Shown here one piece after another: positions 18,589 to 29,294 of a stretch of DNA of 64,000 bases (its first letter is position 1; the number at the start of each line of letters is the position of its first letter). The position numbers were made by a program, and so were the translations under genes. The DNA comes from Candidatus Microgenomates bacterium (GTDB lineage Bacteria; Patescibacteriota; Microgenomatia; UBA8517; JACQJR01), in contig JACQJR010000002.1 in the NCBI GenBank assembly GCA_016204995.1, positions 2,557-66,556 on the forward strand. Direction: 5' to 3'. The notes under the pieces are model-generated. The model was not told the origin of the DNA. It was given only the letters and a program-made list of their open reading frames with translations, and searched no databases.

Positions 18589-20538
18589 ATGGATATTAAA
18601 GTACCAGATTCGTGGCTGCGGGAGTATTTAGAAACTCCGGCCAAGCCAAGCCAGATTGCCCAGTATTTGTCTTTGTGCGGCCCCTCGGTAGAACGCGTTA
18701 ACAAAGTAGGTAAGGATTTTGTTTATGAAATTGAAGTTACTACCAATCGGGTAGATAGCGCCGGCATTTTCGGTATTGCCCGCGAGGCTGCTGCTATTCT
18801 GCCTCGCTTTAATCTATCAGCCAAACTGATTCCACCGAAAGTTTTAAGTCGCCACAGTTTTGCCAGTAGTGTAGATTACTTGAAAGTTAAAATTGACCAC
18901 AGCCTTTGCCAACGATTTACCGCTGTATTAATTAAAGATGTCCAGATTAAACCGTCGCCGGAGTGGATGGTAGATAGGTTAAGAAAAGTAGGAGTTAAAG
19001 TAATTAATAATGTGGTGGATATTTCTAACTATTTAATGTATGGGTTAGGTCAACCAACTCATACTTTTGATTATGATAAAATAAAAAACTCCATCATGAT
19101 TTTACGTCCTGCCAAAAAGGGCGAGAAAATTATCACACTGGATGGTAAAAGCCATACCCTACCTGGCGGAGATATTATAATTGTTGATGGCAGCGGAAGA
19201 TTGATTGATTTAGCTGGCATTATGGGAGGACAAAATTCCGCTGTGGATAATACCACCAAAAACGTTTTACTTTTCGTCCAGCATTATAATCCGACCCAGA
19301 TTAGAAAAACGGTCATGAGTCTGGCCTATCGCACTGATGCTGCCACACTTTTCGAAAAAGATTTAGACCCTGAAGGCGTTACCCCTACTATCCAAACCGG
19401 CATAGAGTTATTGGAAAAATTAACCGGCGGCAAAGCAGAGGATAAAATTTTGGATCTTTATCCCTATCCATATCAAGTCAAAAAAATTAATATCACCTTG
19501 GATTTTATCCAAACCAGACTGGGCATAAATATTACTAAAAATGAACTTAGTAAAATTTTATTATCGCTTGGTTTTGAAAATAAATGGAGCGGCGGTAAAT
19601 TAGAAGTTGATGTGCCGTCATGGCGCAGTAATGATGTAAATATCAGTGAAGATATCTTAGAAGAAGTAGCCAGACTTTATGGATATCACAACTTGCCCAG
19701 TCAGATCATGCCGGGTATTATTCCCGAACCGCCAGAGGTTACACCGTTTGCATATGAACTTAAGGTTAAACAGCTGCTGAAAGGTTGGGGAGCAGTAGAA
19801 GTTTATACTTCCTCTCTGGTACCACAAAACTTTATCGGCAAAGATATCGCCCTGAAATTAAAAAACCCTTTGGGCAAAGAGGGGGAATATTTACGAATTT
19901 CTTTGGAACCCTCTTTACTCACAGCTGCTAAACAAAACTCTCGCGCTACTAATCCTTTTCATTTAATTGAAATCGCTAATGTTTACCTGCCTGCGCAGGC
20001 AGGCCTGCCTCGTAAAGGCGATTTACCGGAGGAAAAAATGATGCTGGCCGGTATCACCGCCGGCTTTCCATTTACTCAAACCAAAGGCCTGGTAGAAGTA
20101 TTATTGGCTGAATTAAATATGGAGGCAGACTTTATACCAGCAAATAATGGAGCAATTATTAAGCAGGGGAAAACTGTTTTGGGACAATTAAAAGTAATAG
20201 ATGACGCCCGCATCTATTATGAATTTGATATGGCAACTCTGCGAAATTTAAGTAAACCCTTCTCCACCTTCCATCCCATTCCGAAATATCCCGGCCAAAT
20301 TGAAGATTTGTCAGCAATTTTCCCGTCACGTTCCCTAGTAGGAAAAGTCATCAAAGCTATCTCGGCTCTTGACCCGCAAATTGCTGATTTTCAATTAATT
20401 GATACTTACGAAAATAGCAAAACTTTTAGAGTTGTTTATCAAAACCCGGATAAAACTTTAACCGATAATGAAGTTGCCAAAATTCGCGGAAAAGTTATTA
20501 AGACTTTAGCAAATAAATTTGGAGCCAGGATTAAGTAA
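18589..20538 (+). CDS. pheT: Phenylalanyl-tRNA synthetase beta subunit (short form)
   Basis: EVTTNR.D, NNVVDISNY...LGQPTH.FD, PSWR.D..ISEDILEEVARLYGY. Confidence 0.95.
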   Translation: MDIKVPDSWLREYLETPAKPSQIAQYLSLCGPSVERVNKVGKDFVYEIEVTTNRVDSAGIFGIAREAAAILPRFNLSAKLIPPKVLSRHSFASSVDYLKVKIDHSLCQRFTAVLIKDVQIKPSPEWMVDRLRKVGVKVINNVVDISNYLMYGLGQPTHTFDYDKIKNSIMILRPAKKGEKIITLDGKSHTLPGGDIIIVDGSGRLIDLAGIMGGQNSAVDNTTKNVLLFVQHYNPTQIRKTVMSLAYRTDAATLFEKDLDPEGVTPTIQTGIELLEKLTGGKAEDKILDLYPYPYQVKKINITLDFIQTRLGINITKNELSKILLSLGFENKWSGGKLEVDVPSWRSNDVNISEDILEEVARLYGYHNLPSQIMPGIIPEPPEVTPFAYELKVKQLLKGWGAVEVYTSSLVPQNFIGKDIALKLKNPLGKEGEYLRISLEPSLLTAAKQNSRATNPFHLIEIANVYLPAQAGLPRKGDLPEEKMMLAGITAGFPFTQTKGLVEVLLAELNMEADFIPANNGAIIKQGKTVLGQLKVIDDARIYYEFDMATLRNLSKPFSTFHPIPKYPGQIEDLSAIFPSRSLVGKVIKAISALDPQIADFQLIDTYENSKTFRVVYQNPDKTLTDNEVAKIRGKVIKTLANKFGARIK

Positions 20539-20561
20539 CCACGAAGTGGCCCTTTCAGGGC

Positions 20562-20963
20562 TTAATGAATTAAATTGGGATTGGTGCCGCGTCTGACTTG
20601 GGCTTTTACTCTTCGCTCATGCAATTTCTCACCTTCCGACACGGGAATTTTGTTTGATGCTTCCACTCTTTTTAAAACAACCTGCCGGTTACGCTCTGCC
20701 TGTGCTTCGCGAACCGCACTTAGTTGAATAGATTGCCCCCTGGAGCGAGTTACCCCATCTTCACAAGGAATAAGTTCTGCCAAGTAATTACTAACTTCCG
20801 GAGTAAAAGATTGATGCAATTTCTGTCTTTCTTCCTCACGCCTAGTCATTGCTTCCGCGGTCCGACCAGCAAGCTCAAATTGATGCCAAAGATCGTATAA
20901 ACCTTGAGCTACTTGCTCAAAATTCGAGGTTTGTTTTTGTTCTTTTTGCTTAATTTCTACCAT
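20562..20963 (-). CDS. Hypothetical protein
   Basis: 133-aa ORF. Confidence 0.55.
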   Translation of the reverse strand: MVEIKQKEQKQTSNFEQVAQGLYDLWHQFELAGRTAEAMTRREEERQKLHQSFTPEVSNYLAELIPCEDGVTRSRGQSIQLSAVREAQAERNRQVVLKRVEASNKIPVSEGEKLHERRVKAQVRRGTNPNLIH

Positions 20964-21022
20964 AAATTGAAGGTATTTCGGGAAACTTTACATCATCTAA
21001 AAATAAAAATCAAGTAGGCAAA

Positions 21023-23551
21023 TTACAAAGAGGCAGGAGTGGGGGTGGCGCCGACAGTAACGGTAATCTTGCGATCTGTTTCGCGGCCGCTTTGATCGCG
21101 GGCTTTAACCCGTAAGGTGTGAGTACCAACAGTAGTATTAATTGTAGTCGTAAAAGGAGTGCTGGTAAAAGTAGCCACTTTTTGTCCGTCCAGTTCAAAC
21201 TCCACTTGACTGATTTTCTCTATAGAAGAAATTTTAACTCTCATCTCAAAAGTATTACTGGTTAAATTTTGATTATCCTTAGGCGTATCAAAATCAATAT
21301 TAATGGGAGTGGAACCACAATAATCTGACGGCGGATGGTAGCGCGAATCAGCTTGGGTAGTCAGCCATAAATTAATTCCTTCTTGCCAACGGTTGGCGCC
21401 GAGAGCGGCCGTTGGATCGTCTTCACGGATAACAAAATACTCTTTTTCATCATAATTACCCGAGGCGATATCGCTGGGGGTAGCAATCTTACCTTCATTC
21501 TTACAGATTTTCAGTTTCTTATGAATCGGGTCATCTCCTTGAGGTTCAGTGCCGCTAATAAATATCTCGGACCGCGCCGTAAACCCATCATGAGCAGCAA
21601 ATCCTGATAAACCATCCACGTCTTCAGTTACAATTCCTTCTGGCTGAATGAAGCTAGTATTATCTTTCTCTCGCAAAGCAGCCTGCATAATCCGCCGCCA
21701 AATTGGGGCCGCCCCAGTCACACCAGAAGAAACGTTTTTCATTGGTGAATTATCATTGTTACCTACCCACACCCCCGCCGCCACTTGACCAGCCGTCCAA
21801 CCAATAGTCCAATTATCCCGCTTATCATTAGTGGTACCGGTTTTAACCGCGACAGTCCGTCCGGGAACAACTAGGGATGAAGCCCGACCAAAAACATCCA
21901 CCCGAGCCTCATTATCAGACAAAATATGAGAAATTAAATATGCCTGTTGGGGAGTAATAACTTGCTTGCCGGCTGTAGGTTTAGTTTCCTCTAGTATTTT
22001 ACCGTTTTTATCTTCCACTTTCAAAATAGCAATTGGCTCTACCCGTTTCCCGCCATTGGCAAAAGCGGTATAAGCCCGAGTGATATCCAAAAGTCTTACT
22101 TCGCCGCCGCCCAAAGTGACTGACAACCCCACCCGGGAAAGATTGGTCTGGGTTGGCTCAAGAGTGGTAATACCTAAATCATAGGCAGTTTTCATCATAT
22201 CCTTGATGCCCACCAAACTTAACAGTTTCACCGCCACAATGTTGATAGAATTAGCCAAAGCGTAGCGCAGCTGTAATGGCCCGCGATATTTGCCGTCATA
22301 ATTAACTGGCTTGTAATCAGGTTGACCAACTCCGCCGGGAAAAACAGTTTCTACATCCATTAGCATGGTGGAGGGAGTATAGCCTTTTTTGAAAGCAGTC
22401 AGATAAGTCACCGGCTTAATGGCTGAACCAGGCTGCCGTAAAGACAACGTCACATTCACCTGACCGTCATAATCTTCTGCCTGGAAATCTTTGCTGCCCA
22501 CCATGGCTAAAATTTCTCCCGTATTAACATCTAAAACCACGCTGGCACCATTAGTAATATGCAAACTCTCCACTTTTTTAATTTCTTCCGCCACAATTTT
22601 TTGCGCCTCTTCCTGTAATTTACTATCCAAAGTAGTAGTTACTTTTAACCCTCCGTTTTCCACTATCTCTTTACCATATTTTGCTTCTAAAATTCCCTGG
22701 ACATAAGTTACAAAGTGAGGCGCTTTAAAACCGGCGCCCTTATTGGCAAAAACTACATTTGGCAGTTCTTTATTAGCCTCCTTCTCCTGGTCACTCGTGA
22801 TATAACCATCTTCCCTCATTCGGCGAAGCACATTCTGGGCCCGGCCGATATAGGCCTTAGGAGTACTGCTAAAAGGAGAATAAACTGAAGGCCGTTGCGG
22901 CAAACCTGCTAAAATCGCCGCCTCCACCAAGGTTAAATCTGCCACTCTTTTCCCAAAATAAGTTTGGGCTGCTGATTCCACTCCATAAGCCGTACCACCA
23001 TAGGGAGCTTCATTTAAATACATTTCCAAAATTTGGTCTTTACTAAATTTATGCTCTATTTGAACCGCTAAAATAAATTCTCGGACTTTTCTAAAAATCG
23101 TCCGCTCGGAACTTAACAGGACATTTTTAACTAATTGTTGAGTTAGAGTAGAACCGCCTTCAATTTTGCCCCGAGTAGCAATGTTTAACATAGCCCTTAG
23201 AATTCCTGAAGTATCAAAGCCTTCATGCTTATAAAAATTTTTATCTTCAATAGCCACAGTTGCTTGTTTAACATAAGGGGGAATTTCGGCTAGCTTAACC
23301 GCCGTTCTTTTTTTATCTACAAAGACATCGTAAAGCGATTCGCCATTTCTGTCATAGATTTTAGTGGAAAAGCCTTCTTGTCTGACTATTTTATCGGGTG
23401 AGGGGAGTCCTAAAGCCAGTAGGGGAAAGGCGATAAAACTGCCGGCAAAAAGTAAAAGGATGGCAAAAAAGATGAGCTTGGCCAGTTTGGCCCAAAATCG
23501 CCCGTGCTGAACACTACGATGGGCTGGTGTATATGAATAATACTCGCGCAC
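21023..23551 (-). CDS. Class A penicillin-binding protein (PBP1A family) with C-terminal Ig-like domain
   Basis: EDKNFY.H.G, GGSTLTQQLVKN, RK..E, GSAIK (SxxK), SIN, KTGT. Confidence 0.95.
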   Translation of the reverse strand: MREYYSYTPAHRSVQHGRFWAKLAKLIFFAILLLFAGSFIAFPLLALGLPSPDKIVRQEGFSTKIYDRNGESLYDVFVDKKRTAVKLAEIPPYVKQATVAIEDKNFYKHEGFDTSGILRAMLNIATRGKIEGGSTLTQQLVKNVLLSSERTIFRKVREFILAVQIEHKFSKDQILEMYLNEAPYGGTAYGVESAAQTYFGKRVADLTLVEAAILAGLPQRPSVYSPFSSTPKAYIGRAQNVLRRMREDGYITSDQEKEANKELPNVVFANKGAGFKAPHFVTYVQGILEAKYGKEIVENGGLKVTTTLDSKLQEEAQKIVAEEIKKVESLHITNGASVVLDVNTGEILAMVGSKDFQAEDYDGQVNVTLSLRQPGSAIKPVTYLTAFKKGYTPSTMLMDVETVFPGGVGQPDYKPVNYDGKYRGPLQLRYALANSINIVAVKLLSLVGIKDMMKTAYDLGITTLEPTQTNLSRVGLSVTLGGGEVRLLDITRAYTAFANGGKRVEPIAILKVEDKNGKILEETKPTAGKQVITPQQAYLISHILSDNEARVDVFGRASSLVVPGRTVAVKTGTTNDKRDNWTIGWTAGQVAAGVWVGNNDNSPMKNVSSGVTGAAPIWRRIMQAALREKDNTSFIQPEGIVTEDVDGLSGFAAHDGFTARSEIFISGTEPQGDDPIHKKLKICKNEGKIATPSDIASGNYDEKEYFVIREDDPTAALGANRWQEGINLWLTTQADSRYHPPSDYCGSTPINIDFDTPKDNQNLTSNTFEMRVKISSIEKISQVEFELDGQKVATFTSTPFTTTINTTVGTHTLRVKARDQSGRETDRKITVTVGATPTPASL

Positions 23552-23594
23552 TCTCCTTGCATTATAGCAAGAGCGTACATATAATTAAAATACT

Positions 23595-24764
23595 ATGGAT
23601 CTTTTAGAAGCGTTATCTAGGTGGACTACTGATATTTTACCAAGTAGAGAAGAATTTCTTAAAGTTATTCAACAAAAGAAACTGGTAATTTATCATGGAG
23701 TTGATCCCACTGGACCAGATCTCCACCTTGGACATTCAACAAACCTTCTTTTAATGCGTGCATTTCAGGATGCGGATCATCACGTCATTTTATTATTTGG
23801 CGACTTCACTGCGCGCATTGGTGATCCGACCGATAAAACAGCCACCCGTAAAGCTCTTACCGAAGAAGAAATCCAAATCAATCTAGCTACCTATAAAGAG
23901 CAAGCTAGCAAAATATTGCGATTTGAGGGCGAAAATCCTGTGGAGATCCGTTTTAACAATGATTGGTTAGGAAAAATGCCAGCTGCTGATTTTCTTACAC
24001 TGGCATCTCATATTACTCACCAACAACTTATTGAACGGGACATGTTCCAAAAACGTATTCAAGAAGGCAAAAATATATTCATGCATGAGTTACTCTACCC
24101 GCTTTTCCAGGGTTATGATTCAGTGGCAATGAAAGTTGATGCAGAAATAGGGGGAAGAGATCAATTATTTAATATGATGGTGGGAAGAAATCTAGTAAAA
24201 GACTATCTCAAAAAAGAGAAATTTGTTATTACCACGCCATTACTTATTAATCCTAAGACAAATAAAAAACTAATGAATAAATCAGAGGGAACATATATCG
24301 CAATTAATGATTCACCAGAGGAAATGTTCAATAAAATAATGTCCATGCCGGATGAAGTAGTAAAAACTTGTTTTATCTACTGTACCACTTTACTAATGGC
24401 AGAAATTCAATCAATTAAAATGCCGGCCATGGATACTAAAAAGCGTTTAGCTTGGGAGATTGTTAAATTTTACCATGATGAAAAGGCCGCCAACGAAGCC
24501 CAAGAAAATTTCTCACGAGTTTTTCAGCAAAAAGAAGCGCCGGACAATATTACTGAAATAAAAGTGGGCCAGTCAGAAGTTGATTTAATAAATCTATTGA
24601 CTGAAAATAATCTGGCCAAAAGTAGAGGAGAGGCCAAAAGATTATTGACTGACGGGGCTTTAGAACTTGATAGTCAGGTAATTACCAATTCTACTGCTTC
24701 CATCAAGAGTGATGCTGTTTTAAAAATCGGCAAACATAGATTTGTAAAATTAGTTGTATCCTGA
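23595..24764 (+). CDS. tyrS: Tyrosyl-tRNA synthetase
   Basis: GVDPTG.DLHLGH, YPL.QGYD, GG.DQ.FN, LMNKS, C-terminal S4 domain. Confidence 0.96.
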   Translation: MDLLEALSRWTTDILPSREEFLKVIQQKKLVIYHGVDPTGPDLHLGHSTNLLLMRAFQDADHHVILLFGDFTARIGDPTDKTATRKALTEEEIQINLATYKEQASKILRFEGENPVEIRFNNDWLGKMPAADFLTLASHITHQQLIERDMFQKRIQEGKNIFMHELLYPLFQGYDSVAMKVDAEIGGRDQLFNMMVGRNLVKDYLKKEKFVITTPLLINPKTNKKLMNKSEGTYIAINDSPEEMFNKIMSMPDEVVKTCFIYCTTLLMAEIQSIKMPAMDTKKRLAWEIVKFYHDEKAANEAQENFSRVFQQKEAPDNITEIKVGQSEVDLINLLTENNLAKSRGEAKRLLTDGALELDSQVITNSTASIKSDAVLKIGKHRFVKLVVS

Positions 24765-24779
24765 AAGGACGATTTTATC

Positions 24780-24884
24780 GTGAGCGAAAAAACCATCAAA
24801 AAAATTTGGACAGTGATTATTGTCATTGCCGGATTAAGTCTGATTATTTCCACTTTTCTGCCGCTGTTATTCGCCCTGCGATGA
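24780..24884 (+). CDS. Putative 34-aa single-TM small membrane protein
   Basis: GAAAGGA RBS, GTG start, MSEKTIKKIWTVIIVIAGLSLIISTFLPLLFALR, ATGA overlap with recG. Confidence 0.6.
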   Translation: MSEKTIKKIWTVIIVIAGLSLIISTFLPLLFALR

Positions 24885-26890
24885 AACTAGTTGCTAAAGT
24901 TTCCGAGTTGCCTTTCATCGGTCCAGTCTATGCCAAAAGATTAGCTAGACTTAACATCAAAACTTTGGCCGATTTACTTTATCACTTTCCCTATCGCTAT
25001 CACGATTTTAGTATTATTTCTCCTATTTCCAGAGTTCAGTTAGGTGAAATAGTTACCATCCGCGGCAAAATTATTTCTATTAAAAATATCTATACCAAAA
25101 ATCGTAAGATTATCCAACAAGCGATAGTGGAAGATGATAGCGGTCAAATTGAAATAATTTGGTTCAATCAAAGATATATTCCCAACGTTTTACCAGCAGG
25201 CAGTCAAGTCTCTCTGGCTGGCAAAATTGGTTTATTTAATAATAAATTGGTGATGGAATCTCCAGATTACGAAAAAATCACCTCACCAAACCAACTCACA
25301 ATCCATACCGGTCGCCTGGTCCCCATTTATCCGGAAACATCCAGCATCCCTTCCAAATGGCTAAGAAGTAGAGTGGCCCAGTTTTTACCAGAAGCAGAGG
25401 TAGAAGAGTTTTTACCCCTTCAATTAATTAAAAGGTCTCATTTGCCCGATATAAAATCCTCTCTGCAGCAGATCCACTTTCCCCAAAATTTAGAAGAGGC
25501 TCAAAAATCAAGAGAACGTTTTGCTTTTGAAGAATTATTATTATTACATTTATCTATCCTTGAACGAAAAAATAGTTGGCAAAAACAAGAATCATGTTAC
25601 ATCTTAGATATCCCCCAAAAAGATTTGGCAAAATTCATGGGTAACTTACCTTTTGTTTTGACAAATTCCCAGCGGCAAGCCGTCAATGAAATATTAGCTG
25701 ATTTAACGCGTCCATCACCGATGAACCGACTTTTGGAGGGTGATGTCGGCTCCGGTAAAACTGTAGTGGCAGCGATTGCGGCTTATGTAATTACCAAAAA
25801 TAATTTGCAAACCATAATGTTAGCCCCCACTCAAATTCTCGCCCAACAACATTTTGATACATTATCAAGATTACTTAATCCCTATAATATTAAATTCCAT
25901 CTTATTACTGGTGGCAAAAAAATTGGACATTACGACGTAGTCGTTGGTACTCATGCCCTCTTCCACCAGAAACAACCACTGGATCGACTGGGGTTAGTCG
26001 TGATTGATGAACAACACAAATTCGGCGTAGAACAAAGAGCAATTCTTTTAGGGAAAAATCTCAAAGCTTGTTTGCCGCACGTCTTAACCATGACTGCCAC
26101 TCCTATTCCCCGCACAGTGGCACTCACTCTTTATGGTGATTTGGATTTATCTGTTTTAACAGAACTTCCGGCCGGCCGCAAAAAAATTAAAACTTGGGTC
26201 GTACCACCCCAAAAAAGAGATGGGGCTTATCAGTGGATTAGCAAGCGGGTTAAAAACGGCGAACAAGTATTTATTGTTTGTCCACTGATAGAGGAGTCAG
26301 AAATTGAAAGTATGAAATCCGTCAGAGCCGCTACCGCCGAGTTTAATCAATTAAAAGAGCAAATTTTCCCTGATTTAAAATTAGGACTGTTACATGGCAA
26401 GTTAAAAGCAAACCAAAAAGATGAAGTAATTAAAAAATTCCGCGAGCGCCAAATTGATATTTTAGTGGCCACTCCGGTAGTGGAGGTAGGAATTGATATA
26501 TCTAATGCCACGGTCATGATGGTAGAAGCCGCCGATCGTTTTGGTTTAGCCCAACTGCATCAGTTAAGAGGACGGGTGGGCAGGAGAGAACTGCAATCAT
26601 ATTGTCTGCTTTTTACCGAATCCACCACACCTAAAACTATCTCCAGACTGCATGCCTTAGAAGAAGCCAAAAGCGGATCAGAACTGGCAGAACTGGATTT
26701 AAAATTGCGTGGCCCGGGAGAAGTTTTTGGCACTCGCCAGCATGGTTTTCCGGAATTAAAAGTGGCAAATTTTGGCGATCTGGAATTAATCAAAAAAACT
26801 AAAGAGGCTGCCCAAGAAATATTTCCTTCACTATCTAAATTCCCTAAATTAAAATCCCACCTCAAAACCCATCTAGTTGTAGCTAATTAA
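24881..26890 (+). CDS. recG: ATP-dependent DNA helicase RecG
   Basis: MNRLLEGDVGSGKT, DEQHKFGV.QR, MTATPIPRT, QLRGRVGR. Confidence 0.97.
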   Translation: MKLVAKVSELPFIGPVYAKRLARLNIKTLADLLYHFPYRYHDFSIISPISRVQLGEIVTIRGKIISIKNIYTKNRKIIQQAIVEDDSGQIEIIWFNQRYIPNVLPAGSQVSLAGKIGLFNNKLVMESPDYEKITSPNQLTIHTGRLVPIYPETSSIPSKWLRSRVAQFLPEAEVEEFLPLQLIKRSHLPDIKSSLQQIHFPQNLEEAQKSRERFAFEELLLLHLSILERKNSWQKQESCYILDIPQKDLAKFMGNLPFVLTNSQRQAVNEILADLTRPSPMNRLLEGDVGSGKTVVAAIAAYVITKNNLQTIMLAPTQILAQQHFDTLSRLLNPYNIKFHLITGGKKIGHYDVVVGTHALFHQKQPLDRLGLVVIDEQHKFGVEQRAILLGKNLKACLPHVLTMTATPIPRTVALTLYGDLDLSVLTELPAGRKKIKTWVVPPQKRDGAYQWISKRVKNGEQVFIVCPLIEESEIESMKSVRAATAEFNQLKEQIFPDLKLGLLHGKLKANQKDEVIKKFRERQIDILVATPVVEVGIDISNATVMMVEAADRFGLAQLHQLRGRVGRRELQSYCLLFTESTTPKTISRLHALEEAKSGSELAELDLKLRGPGEVFGTRQHGFPELKVANFGDLELIKKTKEAAQEIFPSLSKFPKLKSHLKTHLVVAN

Positions 26891-26911
26891 AAATTTTGGT
26901 ATAATTTACAC

Positions 26912-27073
26912 ATGGCAGCGTTACCAAAGAAAAAACATACTAGATCAAGAACCGGCAAAAGGCGAGGTCGAAAACACTTAGCTTTACCCAATATCATTAT
27001 TTGTGCCAGTTGCGGCAAACCAAAGCTTTCTCATATCATTTGCCCCTCTTGTGGTGTCTATGGCAAAAAGTAA
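26912..27073 (+). CDS. rpmF: 50S ribosomal protein L32 (Zn-ribbon form)
   Basis: Manual translation [23 protein letters not shown]....H.ICPSCG.Y; below ORF-track cutoff. Confidence 0.93.
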   Translation: MAALPKKKHTRSRTGKRRGRKHLALPNIIICASCGKPKLSHIICPSCGVYGKK

Positions 27074-27422
27074 CATTGACGAACGTCACCAAAGACGAGT
27101 CTCTGCCTTAAAACAACTCTTCGCCCAGGACTTTACCAATCAAGGCTCTCTCACACCTCTGGCTAAATCAGTGTTAGCAAAGCAAGCTGAAATTGATCCT
27201 TTAATCGTAAATGCCGCTCCAGCTTGGCCTCTGGAACAAATTAATAAAGTAGATTTAGCTATCTTAAGGCTTGCCATTTATGAATTGTCAATTAAAAAAG
27301 AACCAATTAAAGTAATTATTAACGAAGCTGTGGAGTTGGCCAAAGAATTTGGGGGAGAATCTTCTTCTTCATTTGTCAACGGAGTTCTTGGTAAAATTGT
27401 ACAATATGACAGTAAACAGTGA
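27060..27422 (+). CDS. nusB: Transcription antitermination factor NusB
   Basis: [32 protein letters not shown]...SFVNGVLG. Confidence 0.93.
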   Translation: MAKSNIDERHQRRVSALKQLFAQDFTNQGSLTPLAKSVLAKQAEIDPLIVNAAPAWPLEQINKVDLAILRLAIYELSIKKEPIKVIINEAVELAKEFGGESSSSFVNGVLGKIVQYDSKQ

Positions 27423-28083
27423 AGAAAACCTAGAAAAGCGTTTAGAGGTAAAATTTAATAATCAAAAATTACTTCACCTAGCTTTAATTCACCGCTCTTA
27501 TTTGAATGAGTCGGCAGAAACTGAATCTAACGAGCGGCTGGAGTTTCTGGGCGATGCAGTTCTGGAATTTATTGTTTCGGCTAAACTTTTCGGTCAATTT
27601 CCTGGCTTTGATGAGGGAGAATTAACAGCTTTACGTTCCAAACTTGTCAATACCGCCTCTTTGGCGAATCTGGCCCGGGAGCTGCATTTGGGAGAAGCTT
27701 TATATATTTCCCGCGGCGAAGATGAAAACGGAGGACGAAATAATCCGACGCTTTTAGCTGATACTTTTGAAGCGGTGATTGGAGCTTTATTTTTAGATCA
27801 GGGTATCGGTATATGTCAGAAACTGCTTGATAAACTCCTCATGCCCCAAGCCGCTCGCGACCTGACCAATTTAAAAGACCCTAAAAGTTTGCTGCAGGAA
27901 ATTGTCCAAAGACAAGGTAATCGCGCTCCAGTTTATAAAGTAATCAGCGAAGAGGGGCCACATCATGCCAAATTATTCACCGTTAGTGTTGTGATAAATA
28001 ACCAATCATTGGCTACCGGCACTGGTAAAAGCAAGAAAGAGGCCCAGGAGCAAGCAGCCAAAATTGCCTTAGAGAGCATCTAA
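27406..28083 (+). CDS. rnc: Ribonuclease III
   Basis: [12 protein letters not shown], ds[23 protein letters not shown]. Confidence 0.97.
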   Translation: MTVNSEENLEKRLEVKFNNQKLLHLALIHRSYLNESAETESNERLEFLGDAVLEFIVSAKLFGQFPGFDEGELTALRSKLVNTASLANLARELHLGEALYISRGEDENGGRNNPTLLADTFEAVIGALFLDQGIGICQKLLDKLLMPQAARDLTNLKDPKSLLQEIVQRQGNRAPVYKVISEEGPHHAKLFTVSVVINNQSLATGTGKSKKEAQEQAAKIALESI

Positions 28084-28100
28084 ATGCTATAATTGCCAAC

Positions 28101-28322
28101 ATGTTAAAAATTCGCTTGTCTAGAATTGGTAAAAAGAACCAACCGCATTACCGGATTGTGGTAACAGAGGCTCGCAGTCGCAGAAACGGCGCACCCGTTG
28201 CGACCATCGGCAGCTGGCATCCAGGTGAAGACAAAATTGTCCTCTCCAAGGCAGAGTATGAAACTTGGCTGCATAAGGGAGCCCAGCCGACCGCAGCTGT
28301 CAGACAACTAGCCACTAAATAA
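28101..28322 (+). CDS. rpsP: 30S ribosomal protein S16
   Basis: MLKIRLSRIGKKNQPHYRIVV, GAQPT. Confidence 0.96.
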   Translation: MLKIRLSRIGKKNQPHYRIVVTEARSRRNGAPVATIGSWHPGEDKIVLSKAEYETWLHKGAQPTAAVRQLATK

Positions 28323-28328
28323 TTAATC

Positions 28329-28562
28329 ATGGAAGATCTAATTAAATTTTTAGCTCAAGAAATTACGGGTGTTGAAGATGTAACTATTGCCGCAACTGAA
28401 CAGGATGGCATAACTATTTATACCGTTACTTTACCTAAGGAAAATATCGGTCAATTTATCGGCAAGTCTGGCCGTATTATCAGCGCTATTCGGACCGTCA
28501 CCGGTATTCGGGCGGCCAAGGAAAACATTCGTTTTAATATTGAGGTGGCGGAGAAAGCTTAA
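28329..28562 (+). CDS. khpA: KH-domain RNA-binding protein (KhpA/YlqC)
   Basis: G.FIGKSGR.I.AIR; follows rpsP. Confidence 0.85.
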   Translation: MEDLIKFLAQEITGVEDVTIAATEQDGITIYTVTLPKENIGQFIGKSGRIISAIRTVTGIRAAKENIRFNIEVAEKA

Positions 28563-28583
28563 ACCGAGCTTGGCCTAGAAAGG

Positions 28584-29294
28584 CTAGAAGGAAAAAGGAT
28601 TAAGCCGACCACTTTCACCACTTGTTTCTACGACCGTTCCCACGCTAACTACTTGTCTAAACTGATTAATTTGGGTCAGGAGCTGATTTTCTTCACTTGT
28701 TAATTGAGGCAGAAGACTATCAATATTACCAAGTTTGGTTGGCAGATTCTGCCAATAAGTGTTAACTGTCACGCTCGCTGTGACAATACCGGAGGTTACG
28801 GACATCCTACCAGCACCAATTCTAACAACAGGTAAAGATCTGGCTGCATCGTTTAAAAAGTTAGCGACATTCACGACCGGACCCTCCACTTCTATTTTGA
28901 CGGCATTTTCTCCTTCGGTCGCCTCCACTTTTTTGGCGACACTCTGTTCTTCGGAATTCTCTTCAATTTGTACCCCTATCCGTTTAATGATGACGCCGGC
29001 ACTCGCTGCTGCTTCACGAATTCTAGCCATCACTAAAAGGGGGCTAGGTTTTTCCGGCAAGGCCAGCGAGGCAATGGTAGCAGAGTTACTTAATTTACTC
29101 TTGTTCATATTTTTCAGTTGGTCGCGTTTGTCCTCTAAGGCTTTAACCGATTGAGCGAGTTCTGCTACTTCCTTGTTGATCGCCAAAGTTTTTTGAATTA
29201 AGGGAATACTGGCTATAAATAAAAATATGACGATGGCGAGCATCGCGACCGGCATTAAAAATACCTTAAGGCTGATTAAATTATTTAGTCTCAT
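28584..29294 (-). CDS. Type IV pilus assembly protein PilO-like
   Basis: TM + coiled coil, ends GR.NPF; downstream of pilM/pilN. Confidence 0.7.
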   Translation of the reverse strand: MRLNNLISLKVFLMPVAMLAIVIFLFIASIPLIQKTLAINKEVAELAQSVKALEDKRDQLKNMNKSKLSNSATIASLALPEKPSPLLVMARIREAAASAGVIIKRIGVQIEENSEEQSVAKKVEATEGENAVKIEVEGPVVNVANFLNDAARSLPVVRIGAGRMSVTSGIVTASVTVNTYWQNLPTKLGNIDSLLPQLTSEENQLLTQINQFRQVVSVGTVVETSGESGRLNPFSF

